A stretch of DNA of 59,588 nt from Oligoflexales bacterium (GTDB taxonomy: Bacteria; Bdellovibrionota_B; Oligoflexia; Oligoflexales; JBIKVD01). The translations under genes and the position numbers were made by a program. Under the pieces are notes generated by a model, which searched no databases, was not told the DNA's origin, and saw only the letters and a program-made list of their open reading frames with translations. The stretch is taken from NCBI GenBank assembly GCA_044357055.1, contig JBIKVD010000001.1, positions 1 through 59,588 of the forward strand, given 5' to 3'. Each line of letters begins with the position of its first letter. Position 1 is the stretch's first letter. Shown in pieces: positions 19,659 to 28,682 of the stretch.

Positions 19659-21568
19659 TTGTAACTCCTCGTAGCCAGCTTAACCTCTGCAAAATCCAAA
19701 GGCTCTTTATGCAAGGTAGGGGTCTTTCCTCCACCTTCATATTTCCAAACGCTGGCGTGACAAAACTCTTCGTCATTGCGCTTAGCCTCGCCATCCTCGG
19801 TTTGATGTTCGACGCGAAAATGACCTCCGCAGGATTCTTCGCGGGTTAGAGCATCTCGGCACATAAGCTCGGCAAAATCCATAAAATCTGCCACGCGCCC
19901 CGCTTTCTCTAGCGATTGATTCAAACTCTCACCGGAACCCACGACCTTAAGGTCGCTCCAAAACTCTTCACGCAGCTTGGGGATTTGCACCAGCGCCTTT
20001 TCCAAACCTGCCTTAGTACGAGCCATACCGCATTCATCCCACATAATTTTACCAAGTTGGCGATGGAAAGAATCCACCGAGCGCTTACCCTTAATGGCCA
20101 GCAATTTGTTGATTTGGGCTGTGACTTCGCCTTCGACTTTGCGGAATTCCGCGTGGTCAGCTCCCAGACCATCTGGCTTGACGCCAGCGAGATAATGGCC
20201 AATCGTATAAGGCAAAACAAAATATCCATCCGCCAAGCCTTGCATCAAAGCAGAAGCTCCCAGCCGGTTGGCACCATGATCCGAGAAATTGGCCTCGCCA
20301 ATCACGTGCAGACCGGGGATCGTGCTCATAAGATTGTAGTCGACCCAAAGACCGCCCATGGTGTAATGCACGGCGGGATAGATACGCATGGGGCGTTCAT
20401 AGGGGTTTTCGCCCGTGATTTGATGGTACATATCAAACAAATTACTGTAGCGAGCGGCGATAGCGTCCCGTCCCAGCCTTTTGATCGCGTCGGCAAAATC
20501 CAGATAGACACCCAGTCCCGTTTCGCCGATGCCACGGCCTTCGTCACAAACCTCTTTCGCTGCCCTGGATGATATGTCCCGCGGAGCAAGGTTGCCAAAG
20601 CTCGGGTATTTGCGTTCCAAATAATAATCCCGCTCGTTTTCCGGGATCTGGACCGGAGCGCGCTTGTCTCCTTTGGCCTTGGGGACCCAGACCCGCCCAT
20701 CATTGCGCAAAGACTCACTCATCAAAGTTAACTTTGATTGATAGTCGCCACTGACTGGAATGCAAGTTGGGTGAATCTGCGTAAAACAGGGGTTAGCGAA
20801 TCCCGCACCGCGCTTATAGGCCCGGTAGGTAGCAGTGACGTTGCAACCTTTGGCATTTGTAGAGAGATAAAACACATTGCCGTAGCCACCCGTTGCCAAG
20901 ACTACGGCATCAGCTGCATGGGAGGTAATCTTGCCAGAGACCAGATCCCGAACCACGATCCCCCTTGCGCGCCCGTCGATGACAACGACATCAAGCATTT
21001 CCGTGCGCGGAAACATCTTGACCCCTCCCAGGGCAATCTGACGCGACAAAGACGAATAAGCCCCGAGCAACAACTGTTGTCCAGTCTGGCCGCGAGCATA
21101 AAAAGTTCGAGAAACTTGCGCTCCCCCAAAGGACCGATTGGACAAGAGGCCCCCATACTCCCTCGCAAAAGGAACGCCCTGCGCTGTACACTGATCTATG
21201 ATGCTTCCGCTGACTTCTGCCAGCCGATGGACATTGGCTTCACGAGCGCGAAAGTCACCACCCTTAATGGTGTCGTAGAACAAGCGATGGATACTATCGC
21301 CATCCCCTTGATAGTTCTTAGCAGCATTGATGCCACCCTGTGCGGCGATACTATGAGCTCGCCGAGGGCTATCCTGAAAGCAAAAGCAAGAGACCTGGTA
21401 ACCAAGCTCCCCAAGCGTCGCTGCTGCAGCCCCGCCTGCCAAACCTGATCCAACAACCAGGACCCGGTATTTGCGCTTATTGGCGGGCGATACGAGTTTC
21501 ATGTCAAATTTGTGCTTAGTCCACTTATCTGCAATCGGCCCGGAAGGAATTTTGGCATCTAGAATCAT
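19655..21568 (-). CDS. sdhA: Succinate dehydrogenase / fumarate reductase flavoprotein subunit
   Basis: [42 protein letters not shown] and [10 protein letters not shown] are present. Size 637 aa. Confidence 0.95.
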   Translation of the reverse strand: MILDAKIPSGPIADKWTKHKFDMKLVSPANKRKYRVLVVGSGLAGGAAAATLGELGYQVSCFCFQDSPRRAHSIAAQGGINAAKNYQGDGDSIHRLFYDTIKGGDFRAREANVHRLAEVSGSIIDQCTAQGVPFAREYGGLLSNRSFGGAQVSRTFYARGQTGQQLLLGAYSSLSRQIALGGVKMFPRTEMLDVVVIDGRARGIVVRDLVSGKITSHAADAVVLATGGYGNVFYLSTNAKGCNVTATYRAYKRGAGFANPCFTQIHPTCIPVSGDYQSKLTLMSESLRNDGRVWVPKAKGDKRAPVQIPENERDYYLERKYPSFGNLAPRDISSRAAKEVCDEGRGIGETGLGVYLDFADAIKRLGRDAIAARYSNLFDMYHQITGENPYERPMRIYPAVHYTMGGLWVDYNLMSTIPGLHVIGEANFSDHGANRLGASALMQGLADGYFVLPYTIGHYLAGVKPDGLGADHAEFRKVEGEVTAQINKLLAIKGKRSVDSFHRQLGKIMWDECGMARTKAGLEKALVQIPKLREEFWSDLKVVGSGESLNQSLEKAGRVADFMDFAELMCRDALTREESCGGHFRVEHQTEDGEAKRNDEEFCHASVWKYEGGGKTPTLHKEPLDFAEVKLATRSYK

Positions 21569-21642
21569 AAGAATTCCCTATTGTTGAAGTATCGCGTCAA
21601 CCGTTTCACCCGCAGCATCTCTCCGCCCCGCGCGAGGTTTCT

Positions 21643-22311
21643 TTATTTTATCAATCCCAATTGCACTGAAACGGGGATAGCTGCGTAAGCCAAGAACAGT
21701 ATAACGCTCAATACCGGTCCCACCCGACGAAAAAGTAGATTGTATTGGGGATGATTAAGCCCCAGGCTTTGGAAGAAACTAGAAGCACCATGGTTGAGAT
21801 GAAGCATCAGGACGCCCATGGCTAGGATATAAAAAAGAGAGATGTACCAAACGCTAAAGCCCCCTACCAGCATGCTATAAACATCCATACTCTCGCCGAA
21901 GGCGCGAATCTCGGGCTGGGCCACGAGCCAGGTATAATGGGCCAAATGGTAGATGACAAACGCCAGTAAGACGAAGCCTGATTGCAGCATATAAGCTGAA
22001 GCGAAACTGGAGCGAAGGCGCTTCCTCGTATGATAGGGAGTAGGCCTTGCTTCGCGAGCGCGTTTCGATAATTTGATGGTAAATACGATATGTAGCGCAA
22101 AAGCTCCGAGGAGTCCAAGACGCATGACCCACAACAAGGGCCCAAGATCCTTTAGGCCCTTAGCGTAACTATTGAGGGCCTCAGGACCCACGAAAACCAG
22201 TAAATTCCCAGAAATATGCCCCAAAAGAAAGCCAACCAGCATCAAGCCTGTGATTCCAACAATCCATTTTTGGCCGACACTCGAGTTGAGGAACTTCGTG
22301 AACCACTGCAT
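21643..22311 (-). CDS. sdhC: Succinate:quinone oxidoreductase cytochrome b subunit (single-subunit, five-TM type)
   Basis: Five predicted TMs with conserved His residues (GFLLGHISGN, AFALHI, IYHLAHY, LHLNHG), positioned upstream of sdhAB. AGAGG lies 7 nt before the ATG at 22311. An alternative start lies at 22350. Confidence 0.75.
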   Translation of the reverse strand: MQWFTKFLNSSVGQKWIVGITGLMLVGFLLGHISGNLLVFVGPEALNSYAKGLKDLGPLLWVMRLGLLGAFALHIVFTIKLSKRAREARPTPYHTRKRLRSSFASAYMLQSGFVLLAFVIYHLAHYTWLVAQPEIRAFGESMDVYSMLVGGFSVWYISLFYILAMGVLMLHLNHGASSFFQSLGLNHPQYNLLFRRVGPVLSVILFLAYAAIPVSVQLGLIK

Positions 22312-22555
22312 CCATAAACCTCTATTGCTAAGAAGCCAGTAAAAATTCAAAGCTGTGCTTTGGATGTTACATACCGGCCGTTCATTTCAGAATATTTTTT
22401 GGGACCCAATGAGATCTCACTCGGCCCAAATGCCAATAGGTCAGGCTGACCTGCCAACCCTCTGAGACTATGCACCTTTTAAGGGCACCTGACAACTGCT
22501 TTGCCCGAGAAAAAGCCCCCAAGTCACGCAGCCGATCAAAATCCGCTACCTGACT

Positions 22556-23539
22556 TTAAGGAGTCGTTAGGCGAACCGTGCGGCCATATTGATCCCATGA
22601 ACTACGCCAACGAAACACTTCTTTCTTGACCTGGGCGAGGTGAATTCGGGCCATGAGCGGCCCGAAGCTTTTGAGGGGGTTATGGCGAAGGTCGATGAAC
22701 TCTAAAGAAGGCAGTTGGCTTAGATCGGGAAGGTCTTTCAAGGCGTTGTCACTCACGTCAAGATGTCTGAGTTTGGGCGCTCTCAGGAGCCAATCCACCC
22801 TCGTTAAGCCCATATTTGCGAGGCAGAGAACTTCCAAATTTGGCATTTCACCACTTTCCAACCAAGACGCGAAGGCGGTGAGAGTGTTTTGAATTTCCTC
22901 TTCTCCCGAAGGCGCTGGCCTGACGACCCACAATCCCGTGATCCCCAAGCGATCTACTTTTGTTAGAACCTCGCCCGCGACATTGCTATCTGGCGTTAGC
23001 TGCCATTTTAGGTAGGGAGTTTCAAGAGCGGGGTCCAGTTCCGTAGCCTCTTGCCCAACGAAAGATCCTTCCTCTAAAAGCGGGTCTGATGTTTTCCAAG
23101 GATAATCACCACAGGGAAGCGGTTCACGATTCGCTCTACCTGCTCGCGCAGGTCTCCCCAGACCAGCAGTGCCGGTAGGATCGTTCTCCTGCGCCACTGG
23201 CTGGAAAGGCTCCGGTTGGAGGGACTCGTCCGGGGAAACATCAGGTAGGGTCGGAGAAGCCTCCAAACAAGAGATAAAACTTGCCGGGGCTGCAAAATCT
23301 CCACCTTGCGACGTCGCTACCTCTTGATCTGGACTCCGGGAAAAGGGTTTCAAACGAACGGAAAAGCCGCCGTTTTCGCATCTGGAGTTCTCCCAGGCGA
23401 ATTCCTGCGTGGCAAAATCTAAGTAGGGTTCCAGGCGTTGCGAGTCTTGCGCCTTGTTCGTGCTTGCCGTCCTCGCGGGCTCCCCATCCCAACAGCTCGT
23501 TAGGCAAAAAATGCAGGCTATGGATAAGATGCTAGTCAT
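22556..23539 (-). CDS. Leucine-rich-repeat lipoprotein
   Basis: Signal peptide with lipobox MTSILSIACIFCLTSC. The C-terminus carries 22-residue-type LRRs (LEVLCLANMGLTRVDWLLRAPKLRHLDVSDNALKDLPDLSQLPSLEFIDLRHNPLKSF). The listed ORF extends to 23587. Confidence 0.6.
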   Translation of the reverse strand: MTSILSIACIFCLTSCWDGEPARTASTNKAQDSQRLEPYLDFATQEFAWENSRCENGGFSVRLKPFSRSPDQEVATSQGGDFAAPASFISCLEASPTLPDVSPDESLQPEPFQPVAQENDPTGTAGLGRPARAGRANREPLPCGDYPWKTSDPLLEEGSFVGQEATELDPALETPYLKWQLTPDSNVAGEVLTKVDRLGITGLWVVRPAPSGEEEIQNTLTAFASWLESGEMPNLEVLCLANMGLTRVDWLLRAPKLRHLDVSDNALKDLPDLSQLPSLEFIDLRHNPLKSFGPLMARIHLAQVKKEVFRWRSSWDQYGRTVRLTTP

Positions 23540-23680
23540 AGGTCCACATTGAAAATCCAGGTTTCCTGGGAAATCGCCACGCCTCACTATCGGTCGATTG
23601 CAATATTCCTAAAAGGGTACAATCTCCCCCGAAATAGCTCAACTTATGGCGCTGTTTGCCGAAACGCTCAAAAGGCAGCT

Positions 23681-25402
23681 ATGGCCTTTACCTCGCGAGC
23701 ATCACAGCTTATGAATCAAAAATCACCCTTGCTCTTAAGCTGGCTGTTTTCAGGTTTCGTTCTGACTTCATGGTTTGCTTGCCGACCGCGAGAATCCGTC
23801 GATGCCTGTGCAAAAGTATCTACGTTACAGCTCCCGGATCTTGCGAAGGAAACGGTCAGCGAGGGGGCATCCATCGCCATAGGCGGCTATTTAGAGACCG
23901 AATATGCTGAGGTACTCTTAGAAGCAGCTAAAAGTCTTGGCAATAGGCCACCGGACGGGGAATCCCTTCCTTATGCCACCGACGCGTACGTCGCATTGCA
24001 GATAAAAAACAAAAATGCGACGAAGGGCGTCTATGAACACCACCGTTGCACAGCGATGCTCGATTTTACCCCTATTGCTGGCGACGGAAACACCGAAGTC
24101 GATTCTTTTGATTTGGTCGTTTGGACCGCCAAGCATTGTGCCGCTTTCCCCTTTATTAAATCCTTTCAGATCGCCATATCGACTGCTGATGGCTATTTAC
24201 AAATCTCGCCCCGAAGTCACGAGTTTCAAAGTTCTGCTCCTTTGATACAGGTCCTTCCCAAGGATGACGAGCTTTTCCATCGGCTCTTTTATTACGAAAG
24301 GGGGAAAATGAACCGAGTGGTGCAAGCTCCGAGAGACGATGCTCACCCAACTCTCAGCCAGCTCGATGAAAGCAGCGTTTACGGTCGACCTCTATGCAAC
24401 AGCTTTCGAACTGATAGACTTCAGCTGAAGCCCTTTACTTTTGACAAAGCCTGCTTCAATTTTATCGATCTTGTCCCCTTGCACATGACGGTCAATCTGC
24501 AAGACATCCGTCCGAGCCTTGGTCGCGATGCCCTCAAGGTACGAATCCAGCAGCATTTACAGGCAAAAAAAAGACTCTATACGGAGCTCGGTCCCACCCT
24601 AGGCACCTGGCAGCTATGGCATAAAATCTCTAAACTGCTTTGGGTTCGGGGATATCTCGACAATCTAGGGCACAGTGTTTCTTACCTGCAAAGAACTTGC
24701 GCTGTAGCGAATGCTCCGGAACTTTGTCAGGACCCAAGTCTGCTTGAGGCCTTTGTTTTTGAGACCAAGACTTACGAGAAGATCGCGAACTCACTTCAAG
24801 ATTCTGTCAAACCCCTTCTAGGTGAAATGCTGGCAGATTTCCACGGGACAGCATGGCAACTTTCAGAAAATTTCTGGCAAAGATTTCTGAAGTGGCTTCA
24901 AATGACGAAAGACTTGCAGATCTCATGGAATTCCTCTCAGCAGCCAATAACGCAGTATCTATCTATGCCACTGCCAGAATTCTTAAAAAAAACGACTTAC
25001 CCTGCCATTATCCACCCAGGTGGGATCGCCTTAATAGCAAAAAGTGGTGAACTCCCTTGGCAACCCGGAGATTCGGGAGCGATGATCAGTTACAAGGGTT
25101 TTATACCCTTTCTCAGCCTCTCAACTGTCGATGACGAAGAATCCTCGGGCGGATTTGCTGCATCCCCGCTGCCTGCCTACCAAAAGCCAACCATAGCAGG
25201 GGGTTCTCAAGATAGTTTGCTCAACGAAGAGCCGCCAGATTCGCGAAGTCAAGACCAGCCATCTCTCCCGCCCCCTCAGGATTCGGCGGCAACACCCATA
25301 CCTTTGGAGGCACCAGGTCCGAACGCGACTATCTATGACGACGAACAGATTGAAGAGGGTCTCGGCGAGCAAGCCATGCACCCTACCCAAGACTGCGGGT
25401 GA
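23681..25402 (+). CDS. Secreted or lipoprotein with a divergent, expanded trypsin-like (S1) serine protease signature and a Pro/Gln/Ser-rich tail
   Basis: Signal-like N-terminus with a Cys (LLLSWLFSGFVLTSWFAC). RCTAML..(24 aa)..DLVVWTAKHC resembles CGGSLI..WVLTAAHC. NFIDLVPL resembles NDIALL, and PGDSGAMISYKG resembles GDSGGP. Alternative starts lie at 23711 and 23549. That this is a real gene is likely; the protease assignment is tentative. Confidence 0.45.
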   Translation: MAFTSRASQLMNQKSPLLLSWLFSGFVLTSWFACRPRESVDACAKVSTLQLPDLAKETVSEGASIAIGGYLETEYAEVLLEAAKSLGNRPPDGESLPYATDAYVALQIKNKNATKGVYEHHRCTAMLDFTPIAGDGNTEVDSFDLVVWTAKHCAAFPFIKSFQIAISTADGYLQISPRSHEFQSSAPLIQVLPKDDELFHRLFYYERGKMNRVVQAPRDDAHPTLSQLDESSVYGRPLCNSFRTDRLQLKPFTFDKACFNFIDLVPLHMTVNLQDIRPSLGRDALKVRIQQHLQAKKRLYTELGPTLGTWQLWHKISKLLWVRGYLDNLGHSVSYLQRTCAVANAPELCQDPSLLEAFVFETKTYEKIANSLQDSVKPLLGEMLADFHGTAWQLSENFWQRFLKWLQMTKDLQISWNSSQQPITQYLSMPLPEFLKKTTYPAIIHPGGIALIAKSGELPWQPGDSGAMISYKGFIPFLSLSTVDDEESSGGFAASPLPAYQKPTIAGGSQDSLLNEEPPDSRSQDQPSLPPPQDSAATPIPLEAPGPNATIYDDEQIEEGLGEQAMHPTQDCG

Positions 25403-25406
25403 GCCC

Positions 25407-27458
25407 ATGCCGTGGCTGAAGAGACTTACCGGCAAGATTCCTCCTCGGGCGGTTTCTTTCATCGCCCTTCTTGCCGCTTTTGGCCTATTTTTTGGGCAAC
25501 AATGGGTCGTCTCAGAAAAACTGAGTGTCGAAAAGCGAATCGCCACCATAAAAAAAGATGGTTATTTCCTTGCTCTTGATACCTGGCAGGCCGAATTCTA
25601 TTCTTGTGAAAACTATCTAGGATGTCCCTCAGATTCCGTCGCTCTTGGCTTTGCTGAGAAGAGGGCAGGCGAGATCGTCCCCACAGGGCCGTCGGCATGG
25701 ACCTTTGGAAAGTCCCAAAATATTCCCCAACCCGCGAATCTAGCCTTGCTTACTTACCATCTTCCAACTGAAGAACTCCCAAATCCCGAAGATTGGCCCT
25801 ACGTAGCTCTGGTCATCCCTCGATCATTGCATCAATTATTGGAGGTGCAAATCGGTGAAACCAGTTACCCAGTCTTTGCCAGCCATGGGCAGACCATTCA
25901 TATAAACGCGGCAACGAGCGCTCTCTTCCAAAATCCTTTGCTCAAGCTGCGCTTTGAATTTGCTAAATATCCCCGCTTTGGCCCTCTCGAATTTCCTATC
26001 GCCTTGGTTGATGCCAAAAACGCCCAATCCTATGCCGATTCTGCGGCTACCCTCGAAAGCCGATCTCTGACTGGTCGCGACTGGCAAATGGCTGTTCCCA
26101 TGCTCATTGCCTTTCTCATGTTATGGATCAATCACGCGCCTGCTTATGCCGCATTAGCGATATATGGAATGGCCTTTAGCCTTCGCTCCGCCCTTTATTT
26201 CCTTGCTGAGAACCAATTCTTACCACATTGGCAGGCTTGGATTTGCATCGCGCACTTGCTCACCATTGCCGCCTTGGTGAAATTTCTATCCCTGCTCTCC
26301 GGTGTGGGAAAAGCTGCGGAAAGAAAGTTCCTGTTTTCTGGCATGTTGCTAACTGCCGTCGCCTGCGTTTGCACATTATGGTTTGGCGAGTCCGTTTCAA
26401 CAGACGCAAGATATGTTGATTTGATCGCTGATTGTGTTCTAGGCATCGTTGGGATTTTGCTTTTAAGTTTTAGCATTTTTTCTCATAAACCCAAGAACGG
26501 TCCTGCCTTTTTTCCGACGGTCGAGGATCTGCAACATTTATCGTTCGTCCGACGCAGGAAAACTCATTCATTGAGTCTTGGTGTCGCGGCTGCTGGTTTA
26601 TTCGTTCTCTTAGTAGACAATGTTTATAGCATCGTGCAATTGAAGGTCATGGGTCAAAAGCCCCCAACCGACATACTCATCATTGTCCATTTCTTAGCTC
26701 TATGCGCTGCCGTTTTCGTGAGGCTCGGCACGACTCGTGAAATGATTAGCTCCCAAGGAAGATTGCTTGCCCGCTATTTAGCGAAATCGAGGGAAAAGCT
26801 GCGCTTTTCGCGACTTATGAATGCTCTAATTTCTTCGAGCCATCATCACGATCAGGATGGCATTACTTGGGAAGTAACGAAAAGTTCGCAGGATATGGTA
26901 GGCGGCGACTGGCATGACCTTCGCGTTATGAGTGGCAAGGAGCACAAGGTCCTAGTTTGCGCCTTATTTGATGTGACCGGGCATGATCTCTTGGCTGCAG
27001 GACATCATGTGATGATAGCAGCTCAATGGAATCTTGCTCTTTCCCATCTGCAACTCGCCCTAAACCTGGAAACGAACGCTTCTGCGTTTCTCGCAAATTT
27101 CGCAGGCCCCTGGCTCCAAAGCCTAAATGCTCAATGCTTTCACGCACCAGGGAAACTAGGCGCAAGTGGTGCGGTCATCTTATGGGATTTTTTGGGAGAA
27201 ACCATCTATATAGCGGCCGCTGGGCAAAGGTCTCTAAGGGTCCTGGATCTCTCTGAGGCCTCAAATTTGCTTCATTTTTCCAGTGATCGCTTAGGCCTCG
27301 TTGCTCAAGGGCATTTTGCGACAAAAGCGATTCCATCCGGCAGTGTAAGTGGCCTTCAGATTGCGAGTGACGGTGCTGAGCCCTTCGATCAGAAGTCTTC
27401 AAGAGATGATGCTACCTCCATTCTTATAGGCTTTAAAAAGCAAAGCCAAACAAGGTAG
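25407..27458 (+). CDS. 7TM receptor (7TMR-DISM-like) fused to a SpoIIE/PP2C-type phosphatase domain
   Basis: It has an N-terminal TM, an extracytoplasmic domain of about 200 aa, then seven predicted TMs. The C-terminal domain carries GGDWHDL, LFDVTGHDLLAAG, SDGAEPF and DDATSILIGF (SpoIIE family pattern). The ATG lies 4 nt after the upstream stop. Confidence 0.75.
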   Translation: MPWLKRLTGKIPPRAVSFIALLAAFGLFFGQQWVVSEKLSVEKRIATIKKDGYFLALDTWQAEFYSCENYLGCPSDSVALGFAEKRAGEIVPTGPSAWTFGKSQNIPQPANLALLTYHLPTEELPNPEDWPYVALVIPRSLHQLLEVQIGETSYPVFASHGQTIHINAATSALFQNPLLKLRFEFAKYPRFGPLEFPIALVDAKNAQSYADSAATLESRSLTGRDWQMAVPMLIAFLMLWINHAPAYAALAIYGMAFSLRSALYFLAENQFLPHWQAWICIAHLLTIAALVKFLSLLSGVGKAAERKFLFSGMLLTAVACVCTLWFGESVSTDARYVDLIADCVLGIVGILLLSFSIFSHKPKNGPAFFPTVEDLQHLSFVRRRKTHSLSLGVAAAGLFVLLVDNVYSIVQLKVMGQKPPTDILIIVHFLALCAAVFVRLGTTREMISSQGRLLARYLAKSREKLRFSRLMNALISSSHHHDQDGITWEVTKSSQDMVGGDWHDLRVMSGKEHKVLVCALFDVTGHDLLAAGHHVMIAAQWNLALSHLQLALNLETNASAFLANFAGPWLQSLNAQCFHAPGKLGASGAVILWDFLGETIYIAAAGQRSLRVLDLSEASNLLHFSSDRLGLVAQGHFATKAIPSGSVSGLQIASDGAEPFDQKSSRDDATSILIGFKKQSQTR

Positions 27459-27499
27459 GCGAGGTTGGGTGCACCAGATGGACCTTATCAGCAGCAACT

Positions 27500-28468
27500 C
27501 TACATGCTCACTGCCATTCCAAAATTCACCGCTTGATGCTGTTCGGAATAGCCAAGATAGGGAACTCTTTGGGTATAGGAGAGCGTGAATTTATCATTTA
27601 CCAATGCAACGCCTCCCGAAAGGCTCTCCCTTTCCCCCTCAAACTCTCGCGCATAAGCTCCGAGAAGGCGAAAGAACTCGTAGAATTTTACACTAAAGGA
27701 CGCTATCCCTTGTCGCTCGGCATCGCGTTCCAACTCCGCGATTTCCCAGCGGACTCGCTCGCGCTGCACCCCATCTAGATGCACACTCAACTGTCCGTCC
27801 ATCATGAGATAGGCTAGACCGACGCGATAGGTCGTGGGTGCATAATCAGCAATAGAACGATTCGCCAAATTCTCTGCGGAGACACCAAAGCGCAGTGCTG
27901 GGCTGATGAGTCCCGCGATACCTAATCCAAGGGCCATGCCCTTCACTTCCCGGTACTGTTCGTCTGCGGTAAGAACCGTATCATCAGGCTCCAGAGCTTG
28001 CACATACTGTCCATTGATGCCCACAGAAATTTTACCGACGGGCTGCGCCAACCCCAGGGCGAAGCGTTTCTCTATGGAAGAATCAAACGCTTGGTCTTTC
28101 AGCTTTCGCTTGGCCCAATCGAGTTCATAATCCTCCTGAAAACTTGTATAGCTCGCACCAGCTGCCAAGCCATTTAAGGTCGTACCGTCGACAATTCCTG
28201 CTTGAAAGAATTCGCGCCCTTGGCTGGGCCAGTGATATCCGGCATTGACTTTATACATTCGCTCCATCACCAACATGGCCGGATTTTGGCGGATAGAGGC
28301 AAGCCCACTCACCGCTGCCGTGCCACCGTTGGCGAGTCCATTGGCGTGATCTCCCACTGACTCGATTTCGTCTGGAACCCGGTAGAGATTTAAGTCCTCT
28401 GCCCTTAGCAAATTCGTCGCCAGAAGACCAAAGACGAGAGTTGAGGATTTCAGGAAGAATGTGCGCAT
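27500..28468 (-). CDS. Putative outer-membrane beta-barrel protein (FadL/PorV-like N-terminal motif)
   Basis: Signal peptide MRTFFLKSSTLVFGLLATNLLRAEDL. The GLANGGTAAVSGLASIRQNPAML motif is present, and alternating hydrophobic beta-strand patterning runs throughout. Confidence 0.5.
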   Translation of the reverse strand: MRTFFLKSSTLVFGLLATNLLRAEDLNLYRVPDEIESVGDHANGLANGGTAAVSGLASIRQNPAMLVMERMYKVNAGYHWPSQGREFFQAGIVDGTTLNGLAAGASYTSFQEDYELDWAKRKLKDQAFDSSIEKRFALGLAQPVGKISVGINGQYVQALEPDDTVLTADEQYREVKGMALGLGIAGLISPALRFGVSAENLANRSIADYAPTTYRVGLAYLMMDGQLSVHLDGVQRERVRWEIAELERDAERQGIASFSVKFYEFFRLLGAYAREFEGERESLSGGVALVNDKFTLSYTQRVPYLGYSEQHQAVNFGMAVSM

Positions 28469-28682
28469 GATCTGTCCTCACTGAGAAATTCTTGTTGTTG
28501 CAAGGGCCCACAGGCTAATGTGAGGGAAATGTTTCCGCCAACGAAATGAGTTACTTTATTGTAGCCTGAATGAGCCGATTGTAAAAATTTGAACGGGAGG
28601 GGCCTGAGCAGCGGCTTAGTCTTTCACGATCCACACTGAGAACCTTACCAAAAAACTATGGGGCCGGTGTCTGGCTCTTGGC

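Noticed and set aside
19916-21448. Long plus-strand ORFs (19916..20572, 218 aa; 20738..21448, 236 aa) antisense to sdhA
   Set aside because: The minus-strand frame is clearly SdhA along its full length. The antisense products are low-complexity, Arg/Ser/Pro-rich, and have no motifs or plausible start context. Long shadow ORFs of this kind are typical opposite highly conserved genes.
23549-23680. N-terminal extension of the trypsin-like ORF, and the matching 23540..23587 extension of the LRR ORF on the other strand
   Set aside because: With these extensions the two divergent genes would overlap head-to-head, and the signal-peptide and lipobox segments would be buried internally. The internal Met starts give canonical export signals instead.
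25121-25549. 142-aa minus-strand ORF spanning the protease/receptor junction
   Set aside because: It lies antisense to two plus-strand genes that have coherent signal peptide, TM and domain architecture. Its composition is Arg-rich and it has no motifs.
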